The position numbers and the translations under genes were made by a program. From an uncultured Pelagibacteraceae bacterium (lineage in GTDB: Bacteria > Pseudomonadota > Alphaproteobacteria > Pelagibacterales > Pelagibacteraceae): 64,000 nt of DNA. Positions 1 through 9,477 of this stretch are shown here, piece by piece. Location of the stretch: the NCBI GenBank assembly GCA_902556065.1, contig CACDUV010000001.1:30534-94533 (forward strand), read 5' to 3'. Each line of letters opens with the position of its first letter. Within the stretch, counting starts at the first letter, position 1. Below the pieces are notes generated by a model. That model saw only the letters and a program-made list of their open reading frames with translations. It was not told the origin of the DNA and searched no databases.

Positions 1-1
1 A

Positions 2-145
2 AATATGAGCTCCAATCTCTGATGCTTTTTCTAATAAACAAACATTTAAATTTGGATCTAATTGTTTTAATTTTATTGCGGTTGATAATCCTGATGGTCC
101 TCCACCAATGATTACAACATCATATTCCATCGATTCTCTAGACAT
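2..145 (-). CDS. Electron transfer flavoprotein-ubiquinone oxidoreductase (ETF-QO), 5' part; runs off the window
   Basis: Manual translation MSRESMEYDVVIIGGGPSGLSTAIKLKQLDPNLNVCLLEKASEIGAHI: typical ETF-QO N-terminus with GxGxxG FAD motif and EK..E.GAH; directly downstream of etfBA. Not in the ORF track. Confidence 0.9.
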   Translation of the reverse strand, partial: MSRESMEYDVVIIGGGPSGLSTAIKLKQLDPNLNVCLLEKASEIGAHI

Positions 146-168
146 ACTCTAGTTTTTAACGGTAAGGA

Positions 169-1122
169 TTATTTTTGTATAGTGTTTAATTTGTTCAGCT
201 CTTCCATGAACTGAGGCAAGGCTTCAAAAAGATCTGCTTCAAGACCGTAATCGGCTACACTAAAAATTGGTGCTTCACCATCTTTATTAATTGCAACTAT
301 AACTTTACTCTCTTTCATACCTGCTAAATGCTGAATTGCTCCTGATATTCCAACAGCTATGTATAAATCTGGCACAACAACTTTTCCTGTTTGTCCAACT
401 TGGTGATCATTACTTATATAACCTGCATCAACTGCTGCTCTTGATGCTCCAATAGCTGCTCCAAGCTTATCAGCAATCTCTGTAATTAATTTAAAGTTAT
501 CTCCACTTTGCATTCCTCTTCCACCTGACACAACAATTCTAGCTGTACCAAGTTCAGGTCTGTCAGACTTAATTTCTTCTCTTTTTATAAATTTTGTATT
601 TGAAAATTCCTCAGCAGCATCAATTTTCTCAATTGGCGCTGAACCCCCTGAACTTTCACAAGGATCAAATGAAGTAGGTCTTATTGTAACACATTTTTTA
701 GCATCATTACTTTTGACTGTTGCAAAAGCATTTCCAGCATAAATTGGTCTAACAAATGTATCAGATGATATTACTTTTATAATGTCGCTAACTTGTGAAG
801 TATCAAGATGAGCTGCAATCCTTGGTATTAAATTTTTACCAAATGTATTTGCTGAACAAATAATATGGGAATAATTTTCTGCTAACTTAACCACAACTGG
901 AGCAAAATTTTCTGCTGTAAAATTTTCATAGTGTGGTGCTTCAACGCTTAACACTTTTTTAATTACTGGAAGTTCTGATAGTTGTTTTGCTGCCTCAGCA
1001 CTATTATTTCCAATTAATACCGCATGAACATCAATGTCAATTTGTGAAGCTGCTGTGGCAGCATTTAATGTAAATGGTCTTAACTCTTTATTATTATGTT
1101 CAGCTATAAGTAAAACTGCCAT
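169..1122 (-). CDS. etfA: Electron transfer flavoprotein alpha subunit
   Basis: RPIYAGNA, SGGRG, GASRAAVDAG, QVGQTGK and GISGAIQHLAGM motifs. Confidence 0.98.
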   Translation of the reverse strand: MAVLLIAEHNNKELRPFTLNAATAASQIDIDVHAVLIGNNSAEAAKQLSELPVIKKVLSVEAPHYENFTAENFAPVVVKLAENYSHIICSANTFGKNLIPRIAAHLDTSQVSDIIKVISSDTFVRPIYAGNAFATVKSNDAKKCVTIRPTSFDPCESSGGSAPIEKIDAAEEFSNTKFIKREEIKSDRPELGTARIVVSGGRGMQSGDNFKLITEIADKLGAAIGASRAAVDAGYISNDHQVGQTGKVVVPDLYIAVGISGAIQHLAGMKESKVIVAINKDGEAPIFSVADYGLEADLFEALPQFMEELNKLNTIQK

Positions 1123-1871
1123 TATATTACCTTTGCTTCATTTTTTAATTTTTGAACTAATTCTGCTACATTAGCCACTTTAATACCTGCTTTTCTTTTT
1201 GGTGGCTCTTCTACTTTAATTTGCTCTACCCTTGGTGAAGTATCAACACCTAGGTCAGATGCAGCAATTTCTTCTATTGGTTTTTTCTTCGCTTTCATAA
1301 TATTTGGAAGAGAAGCGTATCGTGGTTCGTTTAATCTTAGATCACAAGTTACAATAGCAGGAACATTTATTTCAATCGTTTCAAGTCCCTCATCGATTTC
1401 TCTAGTAACTTCTAGTTTGTTATCTTTTACATCAATCTTTGATGCAAAAGTTGCTTGCGGCCAATTTAATAATGCACTCAACATTTGACCTGTTTGATTA
1501 CAATCATCATCAATTGCTTGCTTGCCCATAAATACTAAATCTGGTTTTTCTTTATCTACTATTTTTTGTAAAATTTTTGAAACGGCAAGTGGTTCTAGAA
1601 TTCCATCAACCTTTACATGAATACCTCTATCTGCACCAACAGCTAAAGCTTTTCTAACTGTCTCTTGAGCTTTTTCTTCTCCAACAGTTACAGCAACTAC
1701 TTCTGTAGCTTTACCTGCCTCTTTAATTTTTACAGCCTCTTCTATGGCATTATCATCAGGAGGATTGGTTGACATTTTAACATTGTCAGTTACTACACCA
1801 CTTCCATCTTCTTTAACTCTGATTTGAACGTTGTAATCAATAACTCTTTTTACAGCTACTAAAATTTTCAT
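1122..1871 (-). CDS. etfB: Electron transfer flavoprotein beta subunit
   Basis: [20 protein letters not shown] and [22 protein letters not shown] motifs. Confidence 0.98.
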   Translation of the reverse strand: MKILVAVKRVIDYNVQIRVKEDGSGVVTDNVKMSTNPPDDNAIEEAVKIKEAGKATEVVAVTVGEEKAQETVRKALAVGADRGIHVKVDGILEPLAVSKILQKIVDKEKPDLVFMGKQAIDDDCNQTGQMLSALLNWPQATFASKIDVKDNKLEVTREIDEGLETIEINVPAIVTCDLRLNEPRYASLPNIMKAKKKPIEEIAASDLGVDTSPRVEQIKVEEPPKRKAGIKVANVAELVQKLKNEAKVI

Positions 1872-4303
1872 TAAGCTCTCAATAAATTATTTTCTGAATC
1901 GTATGGACTTTCATCCAATACGGTAGCGTCGTACATTTCACCTAATATATCAACTTGTAATTTGTCGCCCACATTTGAACAATCTGGTTTAACCATCGCA
2001 AGCGCTATTGATTTATCTAATCTAAACCCAAATTCACCACCGGTTGCTCTTCCAACAACTTTTCCATTTTTAAAAATCGGGTTATTTCCAAGCACATCTG
2101 CGTCTTTAGTGTTATGAACCTCTAAAGTAACTAATTTATTATCAAAACCTTTTTCTCTCCATTTATTAAGTGCATCTAAACCAATAAAGTTTCCTTTATT
2201 TGGATGAACAAATCTATCAAGACCAGACTCATATGGTGAATATTCAATTGATAATTCTGTACCAACTAGTTTGTAAGATTTTTCAACTCTTAAACTATTC
2301 ATAGCCCTAATTCCAAAAGGTTTAATTCCCAAGTCTTTTCCTGCTTCCATTAATTTATCAAAAATATGATTTTGATATTCAATTGGATGATGCAATTCCC
2401 AACCAAGCTCACCAACAAAGTTTACTCTCATTGCATTTACTGGAGCGTAGCCAACATTTACATTTTTTGCAGTTAGCCACTTGAAATTTTCATTTGAAAA
2501 ATCATCTGTTGAAACCTTTTGCATTAATTGTCTAGCTTTAGGGCCTGCTACTACTAGGACTCCCGTGCTATTAGTTAGATCTTCAAAAATTACAGATCCA
2601 TCATCTGGCATCCATTTTTGAATCCAGTCATGATCTAATCTTAAATTTGCTCCAGCAGAAACTAAATAATAACTATTCTCTGCTTCTTTCATTATTGTAA
2701 ATTCTGAATGCACTCCTCCTTTAGTGTTCAAAGCATGACATAAATTTATCCTTCCAATTTTCTTTGGTAGTTTGTTTGCAACTAAGTAATCTAAAAATTC
2801 CTCTGCTTTAGGCCCTTTAATTCTACATTTTGCAAACGCAGTCATATCTAATAGACCCACATTTTCTTTTACATTTTGACATTCTTTTTTAATTGCATCA
2901 AACCATTTTGATCTTCTAAATGACCAATCATCCTTTTGCTCCATTCCATCAGTTGCAAAGAAATTAGGTCTTTCCCATCCAAATTTCTGACCAAACACAG
3001 CACCTAAATTCTTCATACGTTCATAACAAGGAGCTGTTCTAAGTGGTCTTGCTGCTGGTCTTTCTTCATCTGGATAGTGAACAATAAATACATGGCTGTA
3101 TGCTTCTTCATTTTTTGTTTTCAAATAAGATTTAGTTGCATAGTTTCCGTAACGTCTTGGTTCAACTCCTAACATATCAATCGTAGGCTCACCATCTACG
3201 ATCCACTCGGCTAATTGCCAGCCTGCACCACCTGCTGCTGTTATTCCAAAACTATGTCCTTCATTAATCCAAAAATTTTTAAGTCCCCACGCGGGTCCAA
3301 CAATTGGATTTCCGTCAGGAGTATAACATATTGCACCGTTATAAACTTTCTTTACTCCAACTTCTCCAAATGCTGGGACTCTATGAATCGCTCCTTCTAT
3401 ATGCGGAGCTAATCTGTCTAAGTCTTCCTGAAATAATTCATATTCAGAATTTTTTGATGGTCCTTCTACATAGCAAGCTGGTGCACCATCTTCATAAGGA
3501 CCTAAGATTAATCCTCCAGCTTCTTCTCTCATATACCATCTGCTATCACTATCTCTTAATACTCCCATTTCTGGTAATCCATCTTTTTTTCTTTTTTGAA
3601 TAGCAGGGTGAGGTTCTGTAACAATGTATTGATGTTCTACAGGTATTACTGGAATATCTAATCCTACCATTTCACCTGTTTGTCTTGCAAAATTTCCAGA
3701 GCAAGAAATAACATGCTCACATTCTATTGATCCCTTGTCTGTTTCTACAATCCATCCATCTTTAGTTTGTCTCATCGATAAAACAGTTGTGTTTCTATAA
3801 ATTTCAGCTCCTCCGTTTCTTGCGCCTGTTGCTAAGGCTTGTGTTAAATCTGCTGGCTGTATATATCCATCTTCTGGGTGCTGTATTGCACCAACTAGAT
3901 CTTCAGTATGACACAAAGGCCAAATTTCTTTAACTTGTTGTGGAGTTAAAAATTTTACGTCTACTCCAATAGTTCGCGCAACTCCTGCATATTGATGGTA
4001 CTCATCCATTCTATCTTTTGTACTTGCTAAACGAATATTCGAAACCACACTAAAGCCAACATTTTTTCCTGTTTCTTCTTCAAGTGTTTTATAAAGATTG
4101 ACTGCATACTTATGAAGTTGTCCCACAGAATAACTCATATTAAATAAAGGTAGTAATCCTGCAGCATGCCAAGTAGATCCTGAAGTTAATTCTTTTCTCT
4201 CAATAAGAACAACATCGGACCAACCTTTTTTTGCTAAATGATAAAGAGCACTAACACCTACCACTCCTCCACCAACTACAACGACTTTAGTTTTTGTTTT
4301 CAT
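1871..4303 (-). CDS. Dimethylglycine/sarcosine dehydrogenase family (FAD DAO domain + GcvT folate-binding domain)
   Basis: [39 protein letters not shown]; 810 aa; translationally coupled to etfB. Confidence 0.92.
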   Translation of the reverse strand: MKTKTKVVVVGGGVVGVSALYHLAKKGWSDVVLIERKELTSGSTWHAAGLLPLFNMSYSVGQLHKYAVNLYKTLEEETGKNVGFSVVSNIRLASTKDRMDEYHQYAGVARTIGVDVKFLTPQQVKEIWPLCHTEDLVGAIQHPEDGYIQPADLTQALATGARNGGAEIYRNTTVLSMRQTKDGWIVETDKGSIECEHVISCSGNFARQTGEMVGLDIPVIPVEHQYIVTEPHPAIQKRKKDGLPEMGVLRDSDSRWYMREEAGGLILGPYEDGAPACYVEGPSKNSEYELFQEDLDRLAPHIEGAIHRVPAFGEVGVKKVYNGAICYTPDGNPIVGPAWGLKNFWINEGHSFGITAAGGAGWQLAEWIVDGEPTIDMLGVEPRRYGNYATKSYLKTKNEEAYSHVFIVHYPDEERPAARPLRTAPCYERMKNLGAVFGQKFGWERPNFFATDGMEQKDDWSFRRSKWFDAIKKECQNVKENVGLLDMTAFAKCRIKGPKAEEFLDYLVANKLPKKIGRINLCHALNTKGGVHSEFTIMKEAENSYYLVSAGANLRLDHDWIQKWMPDDGSVIFEDLTNSTGVLVVAGPKARQLMQKVSTDDFSNENFKWLTAKNVNVGYAPVNAMRVNFVGELGWELHHPIEYQNHIFDKLMEAGKDLGIKPFGIRAMNSLRVEKSYKLVGTELSIEYSPYESGLDRFVHPNKGNFIGLDALNKWREKGFDNKLVTLEVHNTKDADVLGNNPIFKNGKVVGRATGGEFGFRLDKSIALAMVKPDCSNVGDKLQVDILGEMYDATVLDESPYDSENNLLRA

Positions 4304-4358
4304 TCAGCGATTCCTACTAAATTTTTAATTGTAACGAAACAAAAATGTATGTTGAAAA

Positions 4359-4820
4359 TCAAATTGAGCTTCCTAAAGGTATCGGGCTAGACACCATTGT
4401 AGTTAACCAACAACCTTTTAAGCTCCCTTCCAAAGTATACTTTTCAACTTGCCAATTAAATTTGTGATAAATCTTGTTTTTATCAAGAATGATTACTTCA
4501 AATTGTGCCCATTTGTCACTACTTCCAAGCTCAGTTATTGTATGACTTAGGTGATTAATCATCATCCCATAAGAGTCACTTTTTAACATCATCTTAAAGT
4601 TGCTTAATGGTCCCGTTACTCTCTTATTATTTGGGTGAGCAAAATTCCATGTTTGTTCAATTCCACTATCTTTGAATTTAGAGTCATTTTTTTGAAGTCC
4701 AGTAAGTTGAATCTTTATAACTTCTTTCGGTTTAATAGTGCTATTTGGATTTAACAATTCAGCGTTTGAAAAAGTCAAAGATATCAATAACAAAATTAAT
4801 ACTTTAAAAATAATTTTCAT
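4359..4820 (-). CDS. Exported hypothetical protein, DUF4864-like
   Basis: N-terminal signal peptide; QL..LQ.ND...GI..TW.FA.P.N...GP...F..M pattern. Confidence 0.6.
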   Translation of the reverse strand: MKIIFKVLILLLISLTFSNAELLNPNSTIKPKEVIKIQLTGLQKNDSKFKDSGIEQTWNFAHPNNKRVTGPLSNFKMMLKSDSYGMMINHLSHTITELGSSDKWAQFEVIILDKNKIYHKFNWQVEKYTLEGSLKGCWLTTMVSSPIPLGSSI

Positions 4821-4831
4821 ATTAAAAATAA

Positions 4832-6442
4832 TTACTCTGATGTTTTGTATTTACTGTTGTTGATTATAATTACAAATAATATTGGAAGAATTAATGTCAA
4901 AAGTGTCACAACAATTAATAAAATCCCAAGTTCAGAATAATCTGCAGTAGTTTGAATTTCTCCTGAAACTTTATCTTTTACTTCTCTTGTAACTGTAAAT
5001 ATTTCATTTAAATACTTAGTTCCTAGTGCACTTGCTGATAGAGCAAGATTAGTAAAGGATGCAAAAACTGCAAAAAAAGTTGCTTTTAAGTGTGCTGGAG
5101 CATTTTTTGCTATCCATGCTAAAAGAGGAATCATTGAAACTTGTCCTAAAGGGGATTCAAGTGCCGTGTTTATTAATGCGATGAATTTAGCATCTACTAC
5201 TCCACCTGTTAATGAAGATGTCCAATTGTGAAAACCATAATACATTCCAATACTTGGTAAAAACAAAATTGCTCCTGCAATGCTTAAAACAACAATAATT
5301 TTAGCAATTGAATTATTTGCCATAAAAGGTCTTAACAATACAATACCTGCTAATGTTAAAATTGATGCAAGTAATGATAGAACAGAAAAAAACTGCTCAT
5401 TAAATCCGAGCTCATCAATTTCAAACCATGTCAATCCTGGTCCAGGTCCTGGCATAGCTCTAAATATAAAAATAATAACTGCTGTGCCTACAATAGTTAA
5501 TCTTAATTCCTGAGGTAATTCCTTTATAAGCTTAAACATTAAAAACAAAATAATTATTACTGAACCTATAAATACAATTTCTTGTGCAAAAGGTACTTTA
5601 AAGGACCCAATAGACAATGTGAAAATAACAAAAACTAAACTCCCTCCTAATATCCACCAGTTTATTTTTGTTTTCTCATTCCCTCTCTCTTCTTTAAATT
5701 CAAGACCTTTAGATTTTAAAGTTTGTATTTTTTTATGTCTTAAATAATTTGCTAAAATTACACCTAAGATAGAAACTAAAGGTATTACAAGCGCATAAAT
5801 ATAAATAGTTCCATATAAATTTATCTTTTCAGTCTGTTCTAAACTCTCTACGTCTCTAAACAAAATTACATTAACTAATGCTACGAGGACAGTACCACCA
5901 ATAATCGCAAACCGTCCAAGAGTTTGCATTGTTGTATGCATTATTTTAATTTGATCTTTAGAATAATCATTTCCTATCTCGTCAATTAATGGGACTGCCT
6001 CGACAGTCATCGCATCAGCGACCACGTCCTGAACAACATAACCAACAGGAGCTAAAATCACGCTTATCACAAACCATGTCTCTACCGAAAAAATTTCAGA
6101 CATATCTTCTGTATGAATAATAAGCCCATACATAATTAGTAAACTAAGTGCTATTAATGATGCACCAAAATAGACCATATAATTTTTTCTTTCCCAGATA
6201 AGATCAACGAGATGACCGAGTGGCATTTTTAATGCCCAAGGAATACCTGCCCAAAAACCTAAGCCTGCAAGAAATGCTGCTGACAGATTTAAATAATCTT
6301 TTACAAAGAACGTACCAACTATACCTGTTAAACCAGATATACCTGCAGCCATATAAACCATTAATGGTGGTAAGTAGGTCCACTTAAATTGTCGACCCAA
6401 ATCTAAAAAAGTGCTATCTAAAAACTTAATTACTTTGTTCAT
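4832..6442 (-). CDS. BT1 / folate-biopterin transporter family (MFS)
   Basis: About 12 hydrophobic segments; PWALKMPLG and QDVVADAMTVE resemble the BT1 PW.IK and DV..D motifs; AP....ATFFA..AS..N. Confidence 0.75.
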   Translation of the reverse strand: MNKVIKFLDSTFLDLGRQFKWTYLPPLMVYMAAGISGLTGIVGTFFVKDYLNLSAAFLAGLGFWAGIPWALKMPLGHLVDLIWERKNYMVYFGASLIALSLLIMYGLIIHTEDMSEIFSVETWFVISVILAPVGYVVQDVVADAMTVEAVPLIDEIGNDYSKDQIKIMHTTMQTLGRFAIIGGTVLVALVNVILFRDVESLEQTEKINLYGTIYIYALVIPLVSILGVILANYLRHKKIQTLKSKGLEFKEERGNEKTKINWWILGGSLVFVIFTLSIGSFKVPFAQEIVFIGSVIIILFLMFKLIKELPQELRLTIVGTAVIIFIFRAMPGPGPGLTWFEIDELGFNEQFFSVLSLLASILTLAGIVLLRPFMANNSIAKIIVVLSIAGAILFLPSIGMYYGFHNWTSSLTGGVVDAKFIALINTALESPLGQVSMIPLLAWIAKNAPAHLKATFFAVFASFTNLALSASALGTKYLNEIFTVTREVKDKVSGEIQTTADYSELGILLIVVTLLTLILPILFVIIINNSKYKTSE

Positions 6443-6876
6443 TAGTCACTCAATACTGGAAATGCCTGTCTAACTTTCAAAAAATACTTTTGATATTCCA
6501 TTTTAGTGCATTTATTTTCAATATACTTAATATCATTTTTTTTCATCAAATCTTTTGCCTTTTCGTCTCGTATACCAAGCTGTAACCACAGAACTTTAGC
6601 CCCGATTTTAACTGTATCTTCTGCTATAGCATAGACTTCTTTAGATGGTCTAAAAACATCTACAATATCAACCTGATCATTAATATCAGATATTTTAGCA
6701 AAAACTTCTTCTCCTAAAATTTTTTGACCCTCAGCTCTAGGATTGACAGGATAAACTTTAAATCCATATTTTTGCATATATTTCATAACTATAGTTGATG
6801 CTTTTGTTGGATCATTACTAACTCCTACCATTGCAATTGATTTATATTTAGAAAGAACTTCTTTGATATCACTCAT
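6442..6876 (-). CDS. CoA-binding protein (YccU-like)
   Basis: IAMVGVS, YPVNP, VDIVDVFRPS, LWLQLGI, C.KMEY. Confidence 0.9.
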   Translation of the reverse strand: MSDIKEVLSKYKSIAMVGVSNDPTKASTIVMKYMQKYGFKVYPVNPRAEGQKILGEEVFAKISDINDQVDIVDVFRPSKEVYAIAEDTVKIGAKVLWLQLGIRDEKAKDLMKKNDIKYIENKCTKMEYQKYFLKVRQAFPVLSD

Positions 6877-7058
6877 TTATTATTTTTGATTTGTTCTTCA
6901 CAAAATATTTTAGCTTCAGGAACTGTCATTGGTTTTTCTAGTTTTTGGCTACCAGCAATACATGCATCAATTGCTCTTTTTTGATTATGATCTTTAAAAT
7001 TATAGATTACAAACATTCCAACAATAACAAAAAGAACTATTAAAATATTCTTTATCAT
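6873..7058 (-). CDS. Small membrane-anchored hypothetical protein with two Cys
   Basis: 61 aa, N-terminal TM helix, overlaps neighbours at both ends (TAATG / ATGA coupling). Confidence 0.7.
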   Translation of the reverse strand: MIKNILIVLFVIVGMFVIYNFKDHNQKRAIDACIAGSQKLEKPMTVPEAKIFCEEQIKNNK

Positions 7059-7837
7059 TATTTATTTTTCCATTTTGGTTTTCGTTTTTCGAGGAATGCA
7101 GAAATTCCTTCTTTTGCATCCAGTGCCATCATATTAAGGGTCATCATTTTACTTGTATAAGCGTAAGCTTTACTTAATGGCATTTCTAATTGTTTGTAAA
7201 AAGCTTGCTTTCCAATTTTTATTGTTAAATTAGATTTAGAAGCAATTTTATTTGCTACTTTTAACACTTCGTTGTTTAATTTGGCTTTTGAAAAATTATC
7301 ATTTATCAACCCTATTTCTTTTGCATAATTTGCATTGATAGGTTCTCCAGTTAGCAACATTTTCATCATAGGTTTTCGATTTATTTTTCTACTAACAGCA
7401 ACCATAGGTGTACTACAAAACAAACCAATATTGACACCAGGAGTAGCAAACAATGCGTCTTTAGTACTATAAGCTAAATCACAACTTGCAACCAATTGAC
7501 AGCCTGCTGCAAATGCAGCTCCATGGACTTTAGCAATTACAGGTTTTCTACCTTCAACAATTTGAAGCATTACTTTTGAACAAAGATTAAATAATTTTAA
7601 ATATTTATATCTCTTTTTTAGACCTCTAACTTCTTTTAAATTATGACCTGCACTAAATCCTTTACCGGCACCCTCTAATATTATTACTTTAACTTTTTTA
7701 TCAGCGTCTAATTTTTTTAATGCCTTTAATAAATCTGAAAGATTTTTGAATGATAAAGAGTTATAAGTTTTTGGTTCATCAATAATAATTGATGAAAGAT
7801 CTTTGTTAATTTTTTTAATTTTAATGTTACTAGTCAT
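7058..7837 (-). CDS. Enoyl-CoA hydratase/isomerase (crotonase family, ECHDC3-like)
   Basis: FSAGHNLKE, AAGCQLVASCD, FATPGVNIGLFCSTP, EGISAFLEKRKP. Confidence 0.92.
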   Translation of the reverse strand: MTSNIKIKKINKDLSSIIIDEPKTYNSLSFKNLSDLLKALKKLDADKKVKVIILEGAGKGFSAGHNLKEVRGLKKRYKYLKLFNLCSKVMLQIVEGRKPVIAKVHGAAFAAGCQLVASCDLAYSTKDALFATPGVNIGLFCSTPMVAVSRKINRKPMMKMLLTGEPINANYAKEIGLINDNFSKAKLNNEVLKVANKIASKSNLTIKIGKQAFYKQLEMPLSKAYAYTSKMMTLNMMALDAKEGISAFLEKRKPKWKNK

Positions 7838-8689
7838 TTAATCAGTTAATCCATCGGATCTAGCTTGATTTCTTTCTATATGAATTGGTAAAACTTTGCC
7901 ATAAATAGCTTTAGAATGTTCTGGAGTGTTTACTCTCCATGGATCTAAAACATAAGCTGGAATACACATATATCTTGATTTTTGTCCTTCAACTTTTGTT
8001 ACCCTATGCAAAGTAAATCTACCTTTAAATATTTGTAAATCTCCTGGCTCTAATTTCAATTGTCTCACTCTAGTTCTATCTCCTGCTATAACTTTTTGAA
8101 CTTGTTCGAAATTTTCATTTCCTGGTTCTCTAATTTTTGGACAGTACTCAAATACTCCTCCCTTCTCAGGTTTTTGTATCATTAAACTAAGTGTAAATTC
8201 ACAACTATCAAAATGCCATGGGAGTACTCCATCTGGTTTCATAACATTATATGCATGACATGCTAAAGGATCTGCCCATCTGTAAATTGGAGAAATACCT
8301 AAACAAGCAGATACAAATTTTAAAAGTTCTTCAGTTTCGTATAGATATTTCATTTCGGAGTCTTTTGGAAAACAATCTGAATTCAAATATCCATTGTATC
8401 TATTCATAAAAGTTCTTTTTGGATGATCTTTTGGTAATGAAGGATCATCCTTTGCATACAAGTAAGCATTTATATTCTCTTTAGACATATAAACTTCATC
8501 TAATTGTTTTTCTAACTCAGAATTCATTACCTTAAGTGATTTAGGCAAAATAAAATTTGGAATTGTTGAACAACTATGTTGATCAAGTTCTTCTTTACAT
8601 TTTTTAACTATATTTTTAATTATTGGTGAATTTAAATCGTGTATTGGATATTTTTCTAAATCTACAATAGTCTTAAGTCTATCGTTCAT
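7838..8689 (-). CDS. Fe(II)/2-oxoglutarate-dependent oxygenase (BesD/HalD/ArpA-like; HxD hydroxylase type)
   Basis: WHFD...GGVFEY...PGDLQIFKGRFTLHRVT...R: HxD...H facial triad plus 2OG-binding Arg. Confidence 0.8.
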   Translation of the reverse strand: MNDRLKTIVDLEKYPIHDLNSPIIKNIVKKCKEELDQHSCSTIPNFILPKSLKVMNSELEKQLDEVYMSKENINAYLYAKDDPSLPKDHPKRTFMNRYNGYLNSDCFPKDSEMKYLYETEELLKFVSACLGISPIYRWADPLACHAYNVMKPDGVLPWHFDSCEFTLSLMIQKPEKGGVFEYCPKIREPGNENFEQVQKVIAGDRTRVRQLKLEPGDLQIFKGRFTLHRVTKVEGQKSRYMCIPAYVLDPWRVNTPEHSKAIYGKVLPIHIERNQARSDGLTD

Positions 8690-8695
8690 TAAATT

Positions 8696-9070
8696 TTATT
8701 TTAACTTTCCCTCTTCTCTCATTTTTGCTCTTATCTTAGTTGCTGATATTTTTTGAGTTTCTTCATCCAAAACTATTTCCTCAATCTTATATCCAACTCC
8801 CCTACCATAACAAATATTTGTAATGTTAGGTACTAACATAATTTTAAATTGTCCTTCAAATTCAGGATTTAATCTGTCTTCAATGTTTTTTTTTACTGTT
8901 TCAAAATCAAAAGGATTATCATCCACACCTTGCACATCTCTAATTTGAATACAAACTTGTCCAGTTTTTTTAATAATTTCTTTAAACAAAGTATAATGTC
9001 CATCGTGAAAAGGTTGCCATCTTCCTAGCATTTGTGCTGTTGGTTTTTTGTTATCCCATTGGTGTGTCAT
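8696..9070 (-). CDS. HxGH nucleotidyltransferase (cytidylyltransferase-like / NMNAT-like)
   Basis: GRWQPFHDGH and ISATKIR motifs; start moved to ATG at 9070 (MTHQW), which overlaps the upstream TGA (ATGA). Confidence 0.8.
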   Translation of the reverse strand: MTHQWDNKKPTAQMLGRWQPFHDGHYTLFKEIIKKTGQVCIQIRDVQGVDDNPFDFETVKKNIEDRLNPEFEGQFKIMLVPNITNICYGRGVGYKIEEIVLDEETQKISATKIRAKMREEGKLK

Positions 9071-9477
9071 TTTTTTATCTCCTCTATTATTTTTGGTGCC
9101 CAATTTTTTGCATCCTGAGTTGTTACATGAAAATCAAAATTCTTAGGATTAACAAACATCTGATTAGTATCTTCAAATCTTCCTTTTTTAATTGTATCGA
9201 CCCATACTCTAAAATCTGCTGGAAATAACTTTCTTGCTTCAGGGGTTGGTGCAACAAAATCAGCAATTACATAATGGCCATCTGCTTTTAATTTTAAAGC
9301 TGCCTCAGCCATTCTTTTAGCTTGTCTTACCCTTCCTTCTTTAGAAAAATCCCAATCGTTTGCAGCTTTTCTTACCTCGTCTGCATTCAGTCTTTTAGCA
9401 TTTAATAGTGGAGCCATTTCATTTGCTAGAGTTGTTTTACCAGCTCCAGGTAAACCCATAACTAAAATAATTTTCAT
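9067..9477 (-). CDS. Small P-loop kinase, adenylylsulfate-kinase-like
   Basis: GLPGAGKTT Walker A, NADEVR, DFS.EGR.RQ; only 136 aa, lacking much of the CysC lid region. Confidence 0.75.
   Translation of the reverse strand: MKIILVMGLPGAGKTTLANEMAPLLNAKRLNADEVRKAANDWDFSKEGRVRQAKRMAEAALKLKADGHYVIADFVAPTPEARKLFPADFRVWVDTIKKGRFEDTNQMFVNPKNFDFHVTTQDAKNWAPKIIEEIKK

Noticed and set aside
7838-8689. Possible BesD-type radical halogenase
   Set aside because: The motif is HFD (Asp retained); halogenases have HxG/A at this position
9067-9477. Calling the kinase cysC and inferring sulfate assimilation
   Set aside because: Much shorter than CysC, and no cysDN/sat, cysH or cysIJ in the window
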